From positions 260,958 to 324,957 of the forward strand of contig CAVTPX010000007.1 in the NCBI GenBank assembly GCA_963736735.1: a stretch of 64,000 nt of DNA, read 5' to 3'. Numbering within the stretch: position 1 is the stretch's first letter; each line of letters opens with the position of its first letter. Below are positions 31,047 through 42,682 of this stretch, piece by piece. The stretch comes from an uncultured Bacteroidales bacterium (GTDB lineage: Bacteria > Bacteroidota > Bacteroidia > Bacteroidales > VadinHA17). The notes under the pieces were generated by a model. That model did no database searches. It saw only the letters and a program-made list of their open reading frames with translations, and was not told where the DNA came from. The position numbers and the translations under genes were made by a program.

Positions 31047-32274
31047 GTTTGGTGGGCTCCCATGAGCCCTTTTCTATCCCCTTCAGCGATTTTACAAATC
31101 CTGCCACCAGTGCTGCGTTCATCATCATGAATTGGGTGGCGAAACGCAGCGGTGTCAGGGTCTTCCCGGTTTTGTAAAGCATCATATCAAGTGCCGGCAA
31201 AAGTATGAAAATTAACTGTATGGATAACAGACAAAAATACAAAACAGAATGGGCTGAAAGAATGACCGTTGTCATAAAAACGAACGCAAGCAGAAGTGGT
31301 GAAAACCAGCGCAGGACCTTGTGTGAAAAGAAGCAGAAAGACGCCTGTGTAGATTTCCCCGGGAAGGGTCCGAAGTGAAAAAGATTCTGGAATGATCCGG
31401 CAGCTATTCTTACTCTTCGGCGGAATTGTTCGGAAATTCCCGGAGATGTATCCTCGGTTACAGTAGCTTCAGGAATATTAATGGCTGAGAAACCATTTCT
31501 CAGGACAGTAAGCCCTACATAAAGATCATCTACAAGCAGGTTGCGGGGTAAAAGAGGAAAGATGCCTCTGCGGACAGCATAGAAGCCGCCATAGGGTCCG
31601 GTCATCGTTCCCCAGACCTCTCCCTCAGCGCGCTTGAGGGCTGATTCGAACCTGCTGTAAAAGTTTTCCTGCTTTGTTATTCCCTCATCCTTATTGCCTG
31701 AAGGCATAACGGCAGCATCGCAGAGACCTGTCTCCGGCTTCAGGAATCCGGCAGCCAGCAGCCTGACAGACTGAGCAGCAGGCATCACGTTTGCATCGGT
31801 AATAATCAGAATCTCGCCTCTGGCTCTGGAAACCAGCATGTTGAGCATCCCCGATTTGCCGGTTCTCTCTTCAGCACGGGAAAAAATGATGCGATCATCA
31901 GCCCGGGCAAATTCATTTATGATTTCGTCAGTCCCGTCGTCAGAGGCGTCAGACCCGATTATTATCTCAAGGAGGCTGCCTGGAAAGTCGGAAGCAAGCA
32001 GACTCTCTATCTTTTTCCTGAGCACAGATTCTTCGTTATGCACCGGCATCAGGATGCTGATTGAGACAGAGGTTGGGGTTGAGGTTGAGGTTGGAGGTCT
32101 GAGGGTCTGAAGGTCTGATCCGCCAGCTGGCGGATGAAGGTCGGAGGTTTGCTGGTATTTATGCCTGGCGTGTGAAGCAATTAAATGCATAAGGGCAGGA
32201 TATGCCAGGTACGTATATGCAAGCAGTGCAGCGGAAATCCAGAGTATTATTTCAGCGGCCATGTGTGAGTTCAC
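31039..32274 (-). CDS. membrane glycosyltransferase family 2
   Basis: N-terminal TM helix, then [19 protein letters not shown] and ITDAN motifs, and C-terminal TM helices. The start is GTG at 32274 or ATG at 32262. The linker codons at 32069-32152 are repeat-derived (see findings). Confidence 0.8.
   Translation of the reverse strand: MNSHMAAEIILWISAALLAYTYLAYPALMHLIASHARHKYQQTSDLHPPAGGSDLQTLRPPTSTSTPTSVSISILMPVHNEESVLRKKIESLLASDFPGSLLEIIIGSDASDDGTDEIINEFARADDRIIFSRAEERTGKSGMLNMLVSRARGEILIITDANVMPAAQSVRLLAAGFLKPETGLCDAAVMPSGNKDEGITKQENFYSRFESALKRAEGEVWGTMTGPYGGFYAVRRGIFPLLPRNLLVDDLYVGLTVLRNGFSAINIPEATVTEDTSPGISEQFRRRVRIAAGSFQNLFHFGPFPGKSTQASFCFFSHKVLRWFSPLLLAFVFMTTVILSAHSVLYFCLLSIQLIFILLPALDMMLYKTGKTLTPLRFATQFMMMNAALVAGFVKSLKGIEKGSWEPTKRV
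32069..32152 (+). repeat. GAGGTTG/GGTCTGAR array plus CCGCCAGCTGGCGG palindrome module, embedded in the GT2 coding sequence
   Basis: Sequence reads gaggttg gggttg aggttg aggttg gaggtct gagggtct gaaggtct ga tccgccagctggcgg atgaaggtcggagg. Positions 32104-32147 are ~90% identical to 52917-52961. Confidence 0.8.
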
Positions 32275-33460
32275 TATAGAAACCGAGGAGCTTCAGTGTC
32301 AGCTTCCTGTTGTCAAAATTTTCCTTCACCAGCCTGCAGGCAGCAGAGGAGACTTGCTCTCTCAGATCAGGCCTCCCCAGTAATTCTATGAGTGCCGAAC
32401 TGAACATGAACTGATCAGAGGCAATCATTATATCCCCCCGGTCAGTGACTGGCAGTCCTTCTGCTGCAACAGGTGTTGCAACAACGGCCTTTCCCAGGCT
32501 CATCGCTTCCAGTATTTTTACGCGCATACCGCTTCCTGCAAAGAGAGGTGCTATCATGACGCTCATCGATGATGTAAAAGAATGTGCATCAGGAACCTCT
32601 CCTTCAAAGAATACGTTTCTTCCTGTCAGTAGCACCCGAACCTTTTCAGGAGCGTTTTTACCAGCTATGTGCAGTGATGCTGCAGGCATCCTTTTCGAGA
32701 CATAGGGCCATACCTGCCTGAGAAACCATATTAGTCCCTCCGCATTAGGGCGCCAGTCGAGTGAACCGATGAAGCCAACCCGCCGGCTGTCTGTGTCAAC
32801 ATATTCCTGTGCAGTTTCAACAGCCACCCCTGATTCAATAAGTATCATCGGTTTGCCCGGAGCTGCATCAGTGAACCATTTCATATCCGGACCACTTATC
32901 GGTACAACGGCATCAAAATGGTTCGCGGCATCGGCTTCCCTTCTCTTTAACCTAGCGGCGAGGTTTTTAAGGTACATCCTTTCAATTACCCGGTCAGACT
33001 GACTTGATGTCATCTCCCTGATCCGATGCTCCACATTGTGTGCCCGGAGGACTACAGGAGCGGAAGTGACGGTACGGATCGCCTCAAGGTATTCTGAGAA
33101 GAGAAGGCCTTCGCACTGGATTATATCGAAGTTGCCTTCTTTGATTGTCTTTAGCAGTACCCCGGAAAATTCGCGAGAGCGAAACCTGACAAGGTCGTAG
33201 GGTGCGTCTGAGAAAAGGAAATTCGAAAATAGGCTCAGTGCTTTTATTGATGTATCGATACTTACAGTCTGGTAGCTTTCAGGAGCGTTGACAGATTCAG
33301 GAGGTATGGTGTCCGGGGAATAGTGTTTCTGCGTTCTCATTGCCAGAACCGAAACGGAAGCCCCGTTCTGAGCAAGGCCTTCGATGGACCTCATGGTTGC
33401 AATGGCACCTCCGTCGTGAGGAGGCCACGGGGGTTTAGACGCCAGGATCAGGATCTTCAT
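32252..33460 (-). CDS. glycosyltransferase family 4 (GT-B, GT1/GT4 type)
   Basis: Starts MKILILASKPPWPPHDGG and has a C-terminal EGLPV-type motif (AAEGLPV). Confidence 0.8.
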   Translation of the reverse strand: MKILILASKPPWPPHDGGAIATMRSIEGLAQNGASVSVLAMRTQKHYSPDTIPPESVNAPESYQTVSIDTSIKALSLFSNFLFSDAPYDLVRFRSREFSGVLLKTIKEGNFDIIQCEGLLFSEYLEAIRTVTSAPVVLRAHNVEHRIREMTSSQSDRVIERMYLKNLAARLKRREADAANHFDAVVPISGPDMKWFTDAAPGKPMILIESGVAVETAQEYVDTDSRRVGFIGSLDWRPNAEGLIWFLRQVWPYVSKRMPAASLHIAGKNAPEKVRVLLTGRNVFFEGEVPDAHSFTSSMSVMIAPLFAGSGMRVKILEAMSLGKAVVATPVAAEGLPVTDRGDIMIASDQFMFSSALIELLGRPDLREQVSSAACRLVKENFDNRKLTLKLLGFYSELTHGR

Positions 33461-34937
33461 TATTCGTGGGTGTTTTGATCCCCGTAAAGAATGAACCTAT
33501 TTTCCGGAAGAAGAGGATGTAAGTCTCGGCATTCATGATTGCCGCATCAGTTGTGGCCTTGTAGGTGAGGAAGATACCGATGGGCAGAAGTATTATTGTT
33601 GACGCGAACATGCCCAGGGGCACGCTTATAAGGAGTTCTTTCGCAAATTTCTCCCCTGAGAGTGAAATCACATAGTATACAACGAAGAAAAGCACAGAGA
33701 TAACTGCCGGGGTTCCCAGTCCGCCTTTTCTTATTATAGCCCCCAGTGGTGCCCCTATAAAGAAGAATACCAGGCAGGCAATAGGGAGAGTGAATTTCTT
33801 GTAAAGCTCAGCCTCGTATTTTTTCAGGTTTTTTGCTTCATTTGTAAGCGATTCACCCTTTTCTGACACAAAAGCTATCCCGTCGCGAGCACTGTTAAGG
33901 GCCCTGTTTACCGAAGTCATCTTGTCCATTCGGGGGAGGGTATCGAAGATGGCCCGGCTGTTGAATTTTTCCCCGGTTGCAACCATGCCGGTATCCGTTT
34001 CAGGATGCTGGCCTGGCAATCCTGAATAGGAGAAGTTCGTAAACAGTTTTGTCTTGCTGAAATCGGTATAGTAGCTTCCGCTACGCATTGCAAATCTATC
34101 GCCGAGAGAGTCTATGAAGAACCCCAGTTGCCTTGTATTAAGCATGGCGTAGTTAGACCTGAAAAGATCTATGCCTGACCGGTTTAGGGCGAAACCGGTA
34201 AGTTCCACGACCATAGTCTGTTCACTGAATCTGTCACGCCGGAACGGATATTTTTTCTTTTCAGCAGGGACGTTCTTTTCCTCCAGCTCATTGTATGAAT
34301 ATCCGTTAAAGAGTTTAAGTATCATTCCGCTTTCATCGGGAGTGATTACCATGTATCCTGAGTCGGCATAGATCACCGAATTATTGCCTGATCCATTCCG
34401 GTGGTCATAGATATAGACCCTGTCGAGCCTGTTGGTTTCGGAATCCTTGTCGGTTATTTTGATGCTGAATCCGTCAATGCCGTTATAGAATGTCCCGGCC
34501 TGTATATTCAGTTCAGGGCGTTTTCGCCTTATGTCGTAGAGAAGGGTTCTGGCTCTGCGGTTCGCCAGGGGCAGTATGTAGTCGGCGAAGAGGAAGGAGG
34601 CAACAGAGAGGAATCCGATGAGGAAAAAGAGCGGAAGCATTATACGCTGAAGGGGTATTCCTGAAGATTTCAGGGCTGTAAGCTCCATGAATTCACCCAG
34701 GTTGCCGAATGTCATCAGTGAGGCAAGGAGGATGGCCAGGGGCAGTGAGATAGGCACGAAAGTAAGGGAGAACTGGAAGAGCAGTTCGGCAAGGACTTTA
34801 ATCTCGAGGCCTTTGCCTGCGAGCTCGTCGACATACATCCAGAGGAACTGGAGGACGAAGATTATCAGTACGATGAAGAATGTCAGGACCAATGGCCCGA
34901 TAAACGATCTGAGCATGAAAAGATCGATTTTCTTCAT
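33435..34937 (-). CDS. LptF/LptG family permease (YjgP/YjgQ)
   Basis: N-terminus MKKIDLFMLRSFIGPLVLTFFIVLIIFVLQFLW. The layout is three TM helices, a large periplasmic insert, then three TM helices. Confidence 0.8.
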   Translation of the reverse strand: MKKIDLFMLRSFIGPLVLTFFIVLIIFVLQFLWMYVDELAGKGLEIKVLAELLFQFSLTFVPISLPLAILLASLMTFGNLGEFMELTALKSSGIPLQRIMLPLFFLIGFLSVASFLFADYILPLANRRARTLLYDIRRKRPELNIQAGTFYNGIDGFSIKITDKDSETNRLDRVYIYDHRNGSGNNSVIYADSGYMVITPDESGMILKLFNGYSYNELEEKNVPAEKKKYPFRRDRFSEQTMVVELTGFALNRSGIDLFRSNYAMLNTRQLGFFIDSLGDRFAMRSGSYYTDFSKTKLFTNFSYSGLPGQHPETDTGMVATGEKFNSRAIFDTLPRMDKMTSVNRALNSARDGIAFVSEKGESLTNEAKNLKKYEAELYKKFTLPIACLVFFFIGAPLGAIIRKGGLGTPAVISVLFFVVYYVISLSGEKFAKELLISVPLGMFASTIILLPIGIFLTYKATTDAAIMNAETYILFFRKIGSFFTGIKTPTNNEDPDPGV

Positions 34938-34996
34938 TCCTTTAACTGTGACGCAAACGTACTCTATTTTTGCTAAAGATGCAACGGGGGAGGGGC

Positions 34997-35383
34997 CTAT
35001 TCAGTAAGGCCCAGGACCTTGCGCAGGTTGGATATCTGCAGATTCCAGAGCTCTTTTGAATCCTCTATTTCGTCATCCTCTGCGTGGTCAGTAATTATGA
35101 GGGCTGTATCTCCGGTGAGTTCGTGGGTAACAAGTCTGAATTCAAAGAAGTTAGTCTCGGTATCGGCAAAGTCGAGCCATTCGAATCTCGCCGATTTGTT
35201 TTCCTTAAGATGGGAGAGTTTTGCGTGAGCTTCTGACTTGTCCCAGAGGAATGTAAAGATATTTCCGCGGACATTTACGTCATCGGCAAACCATTCAGCA
35301 AGGCCTTCAGGGGTGCTTAAGCGGTCGAAAAGGACGCGTGTGGGGGAATTCAATGTATATTCAATTTCGAATCTGGATTTCAT
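34997..35383 (-). CDS. START-like (SRPBCC-type) domain protein
   Basis: The ATG at 35383 lies within ORF 34997..35410. FEIEYTLNSPTRVLFDRLSTPEGLAEWFADDVNV resembles the small Bacteroidota START-like family. I recognised this from memory and have not searched it. Confidence 0.55.
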   Translation of the reverse strand: MKSRFEIEYTLNSPTRVLFDRLSTPEGLAEWFADDVNVRGNIFTFLWDKSEAHAKLSHLKENKSARFEWLDFADTETNFFEFRLVTHELTGDTALIITDHAEDDEIEDSKELWNLQISNLRKVLGLTE

Positions 35384-35464
35384 TTCGCCGTTTTGGTTCT
35401 TGTGATGCAATATAAAAATAATAGCTGAAAAGAAAAAACCCGATGGGTAAAATGAAAAAATATT

Positions 35465-35472
35465 TATATTTG
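35465..35472 (+). promoter_or_regulatory. TAnnTTTG -7 promoter element upstream of tRNA-Met
   Basis: TATATTTGca lies 38 nt upstream of the tRNA 5' end. Confidence 0.4.
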
Positions 35473-35509
35473 CACCCGCGTTTGGCGCCCCGCCTTACCG
35501 GGGCAGAAT

Positions 35510-35583
35510 GGCGAGATAGCTCAGTTGGTTAGAGCGCATGATTCATAATCATGAGGTCGGGAGATCATTCCTCCCTCTCGCTA
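35510..35583 (+). tRNA. tRNA-Met (anticodon CAU; elongator type, although a lysidine-modified tRNA-Ile2 cannot be excluded)
   Basis: ggcgagatagctcagttggttagagcgcatgattcataatcatgaggtcgggagatcattcctccctctcgcta is a 74-nt cloverleaf. The anticodon loop is ttcataa. It has none of the initiator features. The T-loop atcattc is atypical. Confidence 0.8.
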
Positions 35584-35593
35584 CCTGAAAATG

Positions 35594-35634
35594 AAACACT
35601 TACACAGATGATGTGTGGGTGTTTCTTGTTTTGT
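35594..35634 (+). terminator. intrinsic terminator after tRNA-Met
   Basis: 13-bp stem (aaacacttacaca / tgtgtgggtgttt, two G-U pairs) with loop gatga, followed by cttgttttg. Confidence 0.6.
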
Positions 35635-35710
35635 GCCTGAATTGTGCCAGCATCAGACAAAATCAGTTGTATCGAAAAAGTAACTTTTTTGTGTTTTTAT
35701 AAATCATTTT

Positions 35711-35718
35711 TATATTTG
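35711..35718 (+). promoter_or_regulatory. TAnnTTTG -7 promoter element upstream of the SAM riboswitch
   Basis: TATATTTGca lies ~40 nt upstream of the riboswitch P1 stem. Confidence 0.45.
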
Positions 35719-35758
35719 CAGTCACAAATCAAATATTCCCACAACCAAAGAGTGTTTG

Positions 35759-35874
35759 ATTTTTATAAAGAAGGGCGGAGAGATTAGGCTCTGTGAAACC
35801 CTGGCAACCAACCCGTAAAATGACGGAGAACGGTGCCAATACCTAATCCCGGAAAGCCGGGAGATGATAAAAAT
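35759..35874 (+). promoter_or_regulatory. SAM-I (S-box) riboswitch
   Basis: tttTTATaAAGAaGGgcGGAGaGAttaGGCtCtgTGAAaCCCtGGCAACC...GGTGCCAAtaCC...AGATGATAAaaa matches the S-box core and P1 closure. It lies upstream of the methionine genes. Confidence 0.85.
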
Positions 35875-36057
35875 GAAACGGGAAAAATGGACACAATTCA
35901 TTTAATTCAAAAAAACCTTACGACTCTGCACATGCCTATGTGCATGTGCCGCTAGGTATCCTTATCCGGAACCTTATCGCTTTTTAGTTATCACCGTATT
36001 AAAACAACGGTATGATATACTTATTTGTTAAACCTGTTTACTATTAATTTCTAATAA

Positions 36058-38387
<2,330 letters not shown>

Positions 38388-38398
38388 ACGACGAAAAG

Positions 38399-39595
38399 AT
38401 GACAAGAGAAAAATTAAGAATAGGCTTATTCGGTTACGGCTGTGTTGGCCAGGGGCTTCATGATGTACTGAACAGCAGTTGTGGTTTCAAGGCTGACATT
38501 GTCAGGATATGTGTCAGGGACCGGAATAAAAGCAGAAGGATTCCCGTGTCAAATTTTACATTCGACAGAAATGAAATACTTGATGATGAATCCATTAACC
38601 TGGTTGTTGAACTGATTGATAATGCAGAGGATGCTTTTGAGATTGTGACAAATGCTATGAAGAGTGGGAAGAATGTTGTTTCAGCCAATAAAGTGATGAT
38701 CGCAAAACACTTCAGGGAACTTGTCGATCTCCAGGAGAAGCACAATGTGTCACTTTTATATGAAGCCTCGGCAGGCGCAAGTATTCCAATTATCAGGAAC
38801 CTTGAGGAGTATTATGACAACGAGCTGCTTCACTCGCTTCGGGGAATCCTCAATGGAACTACCAATTATATTCTGACAAAGATGTATAGCGAAGGGATGG
38901 ACTATTCCGCTGCACTAAACGAGGCTCAGGCATTCGGATTTGCGGAAACGGATCCGACTCTGGATGTGGAGGGCTGGGATGCAAAATATAAACTCTGTAT
39001 TATTACCGGTCATGCTTACGGACTTTTTCTTGATCCGGACGAGGTATTCAATTACGGAATAAATGGAATTTCCACCTTCGATATAAAGTATGCAAAGGAG
39101 AAAGGCTTTAAGATAAAGCTTGTTCCTTATGTCGGAAAGACGAAGGAGGATACAATTACCAGCTTCGTGCTTCCACGTTTTATTTCATCCGACAAATATC
39201 TTTACAATGTTGATAATGAATATAACGGGGTGATAACCGAAGCAGCATTTGCTGACAAGCAGTTCTTCTGCGGTAAGGGTGCAGGAGGCCATGCCACAGG
39301 AAGTGCGGTTCTCTCAGACATTTCGGCAAGCTCCTACGGTTACAGGTATGAATATAAAAAGTATCAGCAGGGCACGGTCTCCAATTACACACGCAACTTT
39401 AAACTTGAAATCTACCTGAGGTACAGGAATGAAAGTGACAGGAGATTATTTGAATTTGAGGAAGTTTCAGAGTCTTTTACGAGTAATAATTATAATTATC
39501 TGATCGGGGTTGTAAATCTTGAAACACTTTACAGTATAAGGGATCAATTGAAAAATATGGATGTTTTTATCGTTAACACCGGAAGAAGATTATGA
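38399..39595 (+). CDS. hom: homoserine dehydrogenase
   Basis: The ATG at 38399 lies within ORF 38369..39595. It has an NAD-binding GLFGYGCVGQG motif, a Hom catalytic domain and a C-terminal ACT-like region. Confidence 0.85.
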   Translation: MTREKLRIGLFGYGCVGQGLHDVLNSSCGFKADIVRICVRDRNKSRRIPVSNFTFDRNEILDDESINLVVELIDNAEDAFEIVTNAMKSGKNVVSANKVMIAKHFRELVDLQEKHNVSLLYEASAGASIPIIRNLEEYYDNELLHSLRGILNGTTNYILTKMYSEGMDYSAALNEAQAFGFAETDPTLDVEGWDAKYKLCIITGHAYGLFLDPDEVFNYGINGISTFDIKYAKEKGFKIKLVPYVGKTKEDTITSFVLPRFISSDKYLYNVDNEYNGVITEAAFADKQFFCGKGAGGHATGSAVLSDISASSYGYRYEYKKYQQGTVSNYTRNFKLEIYLRYRNESDRRLFEFEEVSESFTSNNYNYLIGVVNLETLYSIRDQLKNMDVFIVNTGRRL

Positions 39596-39644
39596 CATTT
39601 TCCATGGTACTGGTTCCAAAATCCGGCATCAGAAAAATGCGATT

Positions 39645-40925
39645 TCAATCATTTACCCGGCTTTTGGGTCTCAGTATTAACCTGGTCGACTGATCATACG
39701 TAAAGTATTTCCAGGCCCAGTCAATGAATATTATCAGCTTGTTTTTTACGCCGATGATGCTCATCAGGTGTATGAACATCCAGACAAACCACGCAAAGAT
39801 TCCCTGAAAACGGGCATAGGGAAGCTCAACTACTGCAAGGTGTCTTCCGATAGTAGCCATTGTGCCGGGATCCCTGTATCTGAACTCTTTAAGCGATTGA
39901 CCCTTTTGAAGACAGACAAAATTCTCTGCCAGCTGTTTAGCCTGCTGAATGGCCACCTGCGCCACCTGCGGATGTCCGTTGGGATATTTCTCCTCTTTCA
40001 TCAGGGCAATATCCCCCAGGGCAAAAACATTTTCATATCCTGTCACCCTGCTGTTCCTGTCTACGGTAATCCTGCCGTTCCTTGCGTAACAGTCGTTCCC
40101 TAATCCTCCGATTTTGTTGCCTGCTATCCCGGCTGTCCAGATAATCATACCTGTCGGTATTTTTTCTCCGGAATCAAGGAAAACGGTTTTCTCATCACAG
40201 CCAGCAGCTTTTGTATTTGTCAATACCCTGACCCCCATTTTTTCAAGAAATATCCTGGCTTTGGCTGACGATTTAAGTGACATTGAACTCAGCACCCTGT
40301 CCAGAGCCTCGATAAGGTAAATCTTTGCCCGTATCTCTTTAAATTCGGGGTAGTCCTTCGGGAGGACATACCTGTTCATTTCTGCCAGAGCTCCTGCTAT
40401 TTCAACCCCTGACGGGCCACCTCCGATTATCACGACAGTCAGAAGCATTTCCTGCTCATCTTTGTCATCGGCTATCAGTGCATTTTCAAAGTTCATCAGA
40501 AGAGAATTCCTCAGATCAAGTACCTCGGCAATTGTCTTCATTCCCCTGGAATGCCTCTGCATCTGGGCGGAGCCAAAATATGCATTCGTGGCGCCGTGGC
40601 ACAAAACCAGGTAATCATATTCAATGACTCCGGCTGATGTTAAAAGCTGGTTTCTGTCGCAATCTACTGAGGTGATCTCAACTTTCCGGATATGAAAATC
40701 CCCGTAATTCTGGAAAATCTTTCGAAGCGGAAAAAGAATGGAGCTCTCTTCCAGACCGGCAGATGCAACCTGATAAAAGAGGGGAGGAAACTGGTGATAA
40801 TTGTGTTTGTCCAGTATAATAACCTGGTAGCCTTTGTTTTTAAGTTTTTTTGCAAGGGTCAGTCCGGCAAATCCGCATCCGGCAATGACTATTCTTTTTT
40901 TATCGGTTTCGGGAATATTAATCAT
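39645..40925 (-). CDS. type II NADH dehydrogenase (NDH-2) family FAD-dependent oxidoreductase
   Basis: Two dinucleotide-binding motifs (IVIAGCGFAG and VVIIGGGPSGVE) and a C-terminal membrane-anchoring region. Confidence 0.8.
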   Translation of the reverse strand: MINIPETDKKRIVIAGCGFAGLTLAKKLKNKGYQVIILDKHNYHQFPPLFYQVASAGLEESSILFPLRKIFQNYGDFHIRKVEITSVDCDRNQLLTSAGVIEYDYLVLCHGATNAYFGSAQMQRHSRGMKTIAEVLDLRNSLLMNFENALIADDKDEQEMLLTVVIIGGGPSGVEIAGALAEMNRYVLPKDYPEFKEIRAKIYLIEALDRVLSSMSLKSSAKARIFLEKMGVRVLTNTKAAGCDEKTVFLDSGEKIPTGMIIWTAGIAGNKIGGLGNDCYARNGRITVDRNSRVTGYENVFALGDIALMKEEKYPNGHPQVAQVAIQQAKQLAENFVCLQKGQSLKEFRYRDPGTMATIGRHLAVVELPYARFQGIFAWFVWMFIHLMSIIGVKNKLIIFIDWAWKYFTYDQSTRLILRPKSRVND

Positions 40926-41058
40926 GGTGTGCTGGGTGGCTGGTTATGAATAATATCAATTACAAATGTCAGCATTTAATTTATCTTAACTATGTATTAT
41001 CGTTATCCAGCCGCTGATTTGCTATTTTAGCGGGACCTCAGTCTTTAAAAACCATATT

Positions 41059-42651
41059 ATGACTCATAGCAACAGAAGGAAATTCGTTAAGAATCTGGGA
41101 GCAATTATTGCCGCCGGTGCTGCCGCAGACATAAGTCTGGGGGCATCACCATATCCGCTGATGTCAGGGGTGTCATCATATCCGATTATATCAAAGGTGT
41201 CACCATATCCGCTGATTTCAGGCACGGCACCTGTTGGTAAGAATCCGGGTAAAACCTTTGTCGGCATACAGATGAGCCCTCATACGATGCTTGATGAAGG
41301 TATAGAGCAGTGCCTCGATCTGTGTCAGAGTACTGCCGGAGTCAATGCAGTGTTTCCCTATAGCCATGCATTTCACACCAGTACTCTGGGCAAGCCCCTG
41401 AGGGACCTGGCAAAAGACCACGGGACAGTGCCGCGCGATCTCAGGAATAAGGTACCCGGGGTCTGGATGACACATAATGATAAATATTTTTCGGAAACCT
41501 CACTGAGGATTAAACCCACAGACCCATCCATGGAATTTGCCGGCAGGGATCTTTTCAGTGAGATCAGAAAACCGGCTGACGCGAGGGGTATGAAGGTCTT
41601 TGCAAGGATACTTGAAAGCAGCGGCCTGTATATTGAGAATTTTAATAAAGTCCTCACTGTTGACGTTTACGGTAATCCGGGCCGGTCGGCATGCTGGAGC
41701 AATCCCGATTATGCAAACTTCTGGAGAGCAACTGTAACTGACATGTTCAACAGTTATGACCTTGACGGATTCCAGTGGGGAGCAGAAAGAATGGGTCCAT
41801 TGATGAATATAATTCTGCCATGGAATAATAATGCCCCCGGTTGTTTCTGCCAGCACTGCATCGAACGCGGAAAGGCATCAAATATTGATCCCGGGAGAGC
41901 CAGGGAAGGGTATCGCCTTTTGTTTGAGTATGTGCAGAAATTAATGACTGATGCACCAAAACCGCCGGAGGGTGTCTTTACGATCTTCCTTCGCCATATA
42001 ATGCGTTATCCCGAGATTCTATCGTGGGAATATCTTTACAGACAGTCAAGGGAAGATATTCAGAAGGGAATGTACACTGCAATTAAATCGATTAAGCCTG
42101 ATGCCGTTGTCGGCTGGCATGTTGACCATCAGCCCTCGAGCTGGGACATTGTATACAGGGCAGAGATGAGTTATGAGGAAATGGCTCCGTATTCAGACTA
42201 TATCAAGCTGATACTTTACCACGAGGTGCTGGGCCCGCGGATCCGTTCCTGGTATCTCGAACGGTTCAAAAAGACCATTTTAAGCGAAATATCACTTGAG
42301 CAGTCGCTGCAACTCTATTATGATCTTTTCGGATATGACAAGAATGTTGAACCAGGTGTTGATAAACTGTCGTCCGAAGGTTTCTCTCCCGACTATGTTT
42401 ACCGGGAAACCCGGCGCAGCGTAGCCTCTGCAAACGGGAAAACGAAGATTTTTGCAGGTATAGGCATCGATGTTCCCGGAAGCCCTCCTGATGATCCGGA
42501 AACTGTTTATCTGGCTACAATTAGGGCACTGGAGGCAGAGGCCGGAGGAATTGTGATATCAAGGGAATATGAGGAAATGAAGGTGCCGAATCTTGAAGCG
42601 ATAGGCAGGGCCGTGAATGACTGGAACCAAAAATCTGTAACTTTACACTGA
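41059..42651 (+). CDS. Tat-signal protein, probable TIM-barrel glycoside-hydrolase-like enzyme of uncertain family
   Basis: Twin-arginine signal SNRRKFVKNLGAIIAAGAAA, then three tandem nonapeptides, then a ~470-aa domain carrying a CFCQHC motif. It sits next to GH30 and GH51 genes. The family assignment is inference only. Confidence 0.5.
   Translation: MTHSNRRKFVKNLGAIIAAGAAADISLGASPYPLMSGVSSYPIISKVSPYPLISGTAPVGKNPGKTFVGIQMSPHTMLDEGIEQCLDLCQSTAGVNAVFPYSHAFHTSTLGKPLRDLAKDHGTVPRDLRNKVPGVWMTHNDKYFSETSLRIKPTDPSMEFAGRDLFSEIRKPADARGMKVFARILESSGLYIENFNKVLTVDVYGNPGRSACWSNPDYANFWRATVTDMFNSYDLDGFQWGAERMGPLMNIILPWNNNAPGCFCQHCIERGKASNIDPGRAREGYRLLFEYVQKLMTDAPKPPEGVFTIFLRHIMRYPEILSWEYLYRQSREDIQKGMYTAIKSIKPDAVVGWHVDHQPSSWDIVYRAEMSYEEMAPYSDYIKLILYHEVLGPRIRSWYLERFKKTILSEISLEQSLQLYYDLFGYDKNVEPGVDKLSSEGFSPDYVYRETRRSVASANGKTKIFAGIGIDVPGSPPDDPETVYLATIRALEAEAGGIVISREYEEMKVPNLEAIGRAVNDWNQKSVTLH
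41146..41226 (+). repeat. 3 x 27-nt in-frame tandem repeat inside the Tat-signal protein gene
   Basis: Units are tcaccatatccgctgatgtcaggggtg, tcatcatatccgattatatcaaaggtg and tcaccatatccgctgatttcaggcacg. They encode SPYPLMSGV, SSYPIISKV and SPYPLISGT. Confidence 0.85.
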
Positions 42652-42682
42652 ACAAAGGCTTAACCTCATAACTGAAAATAAA

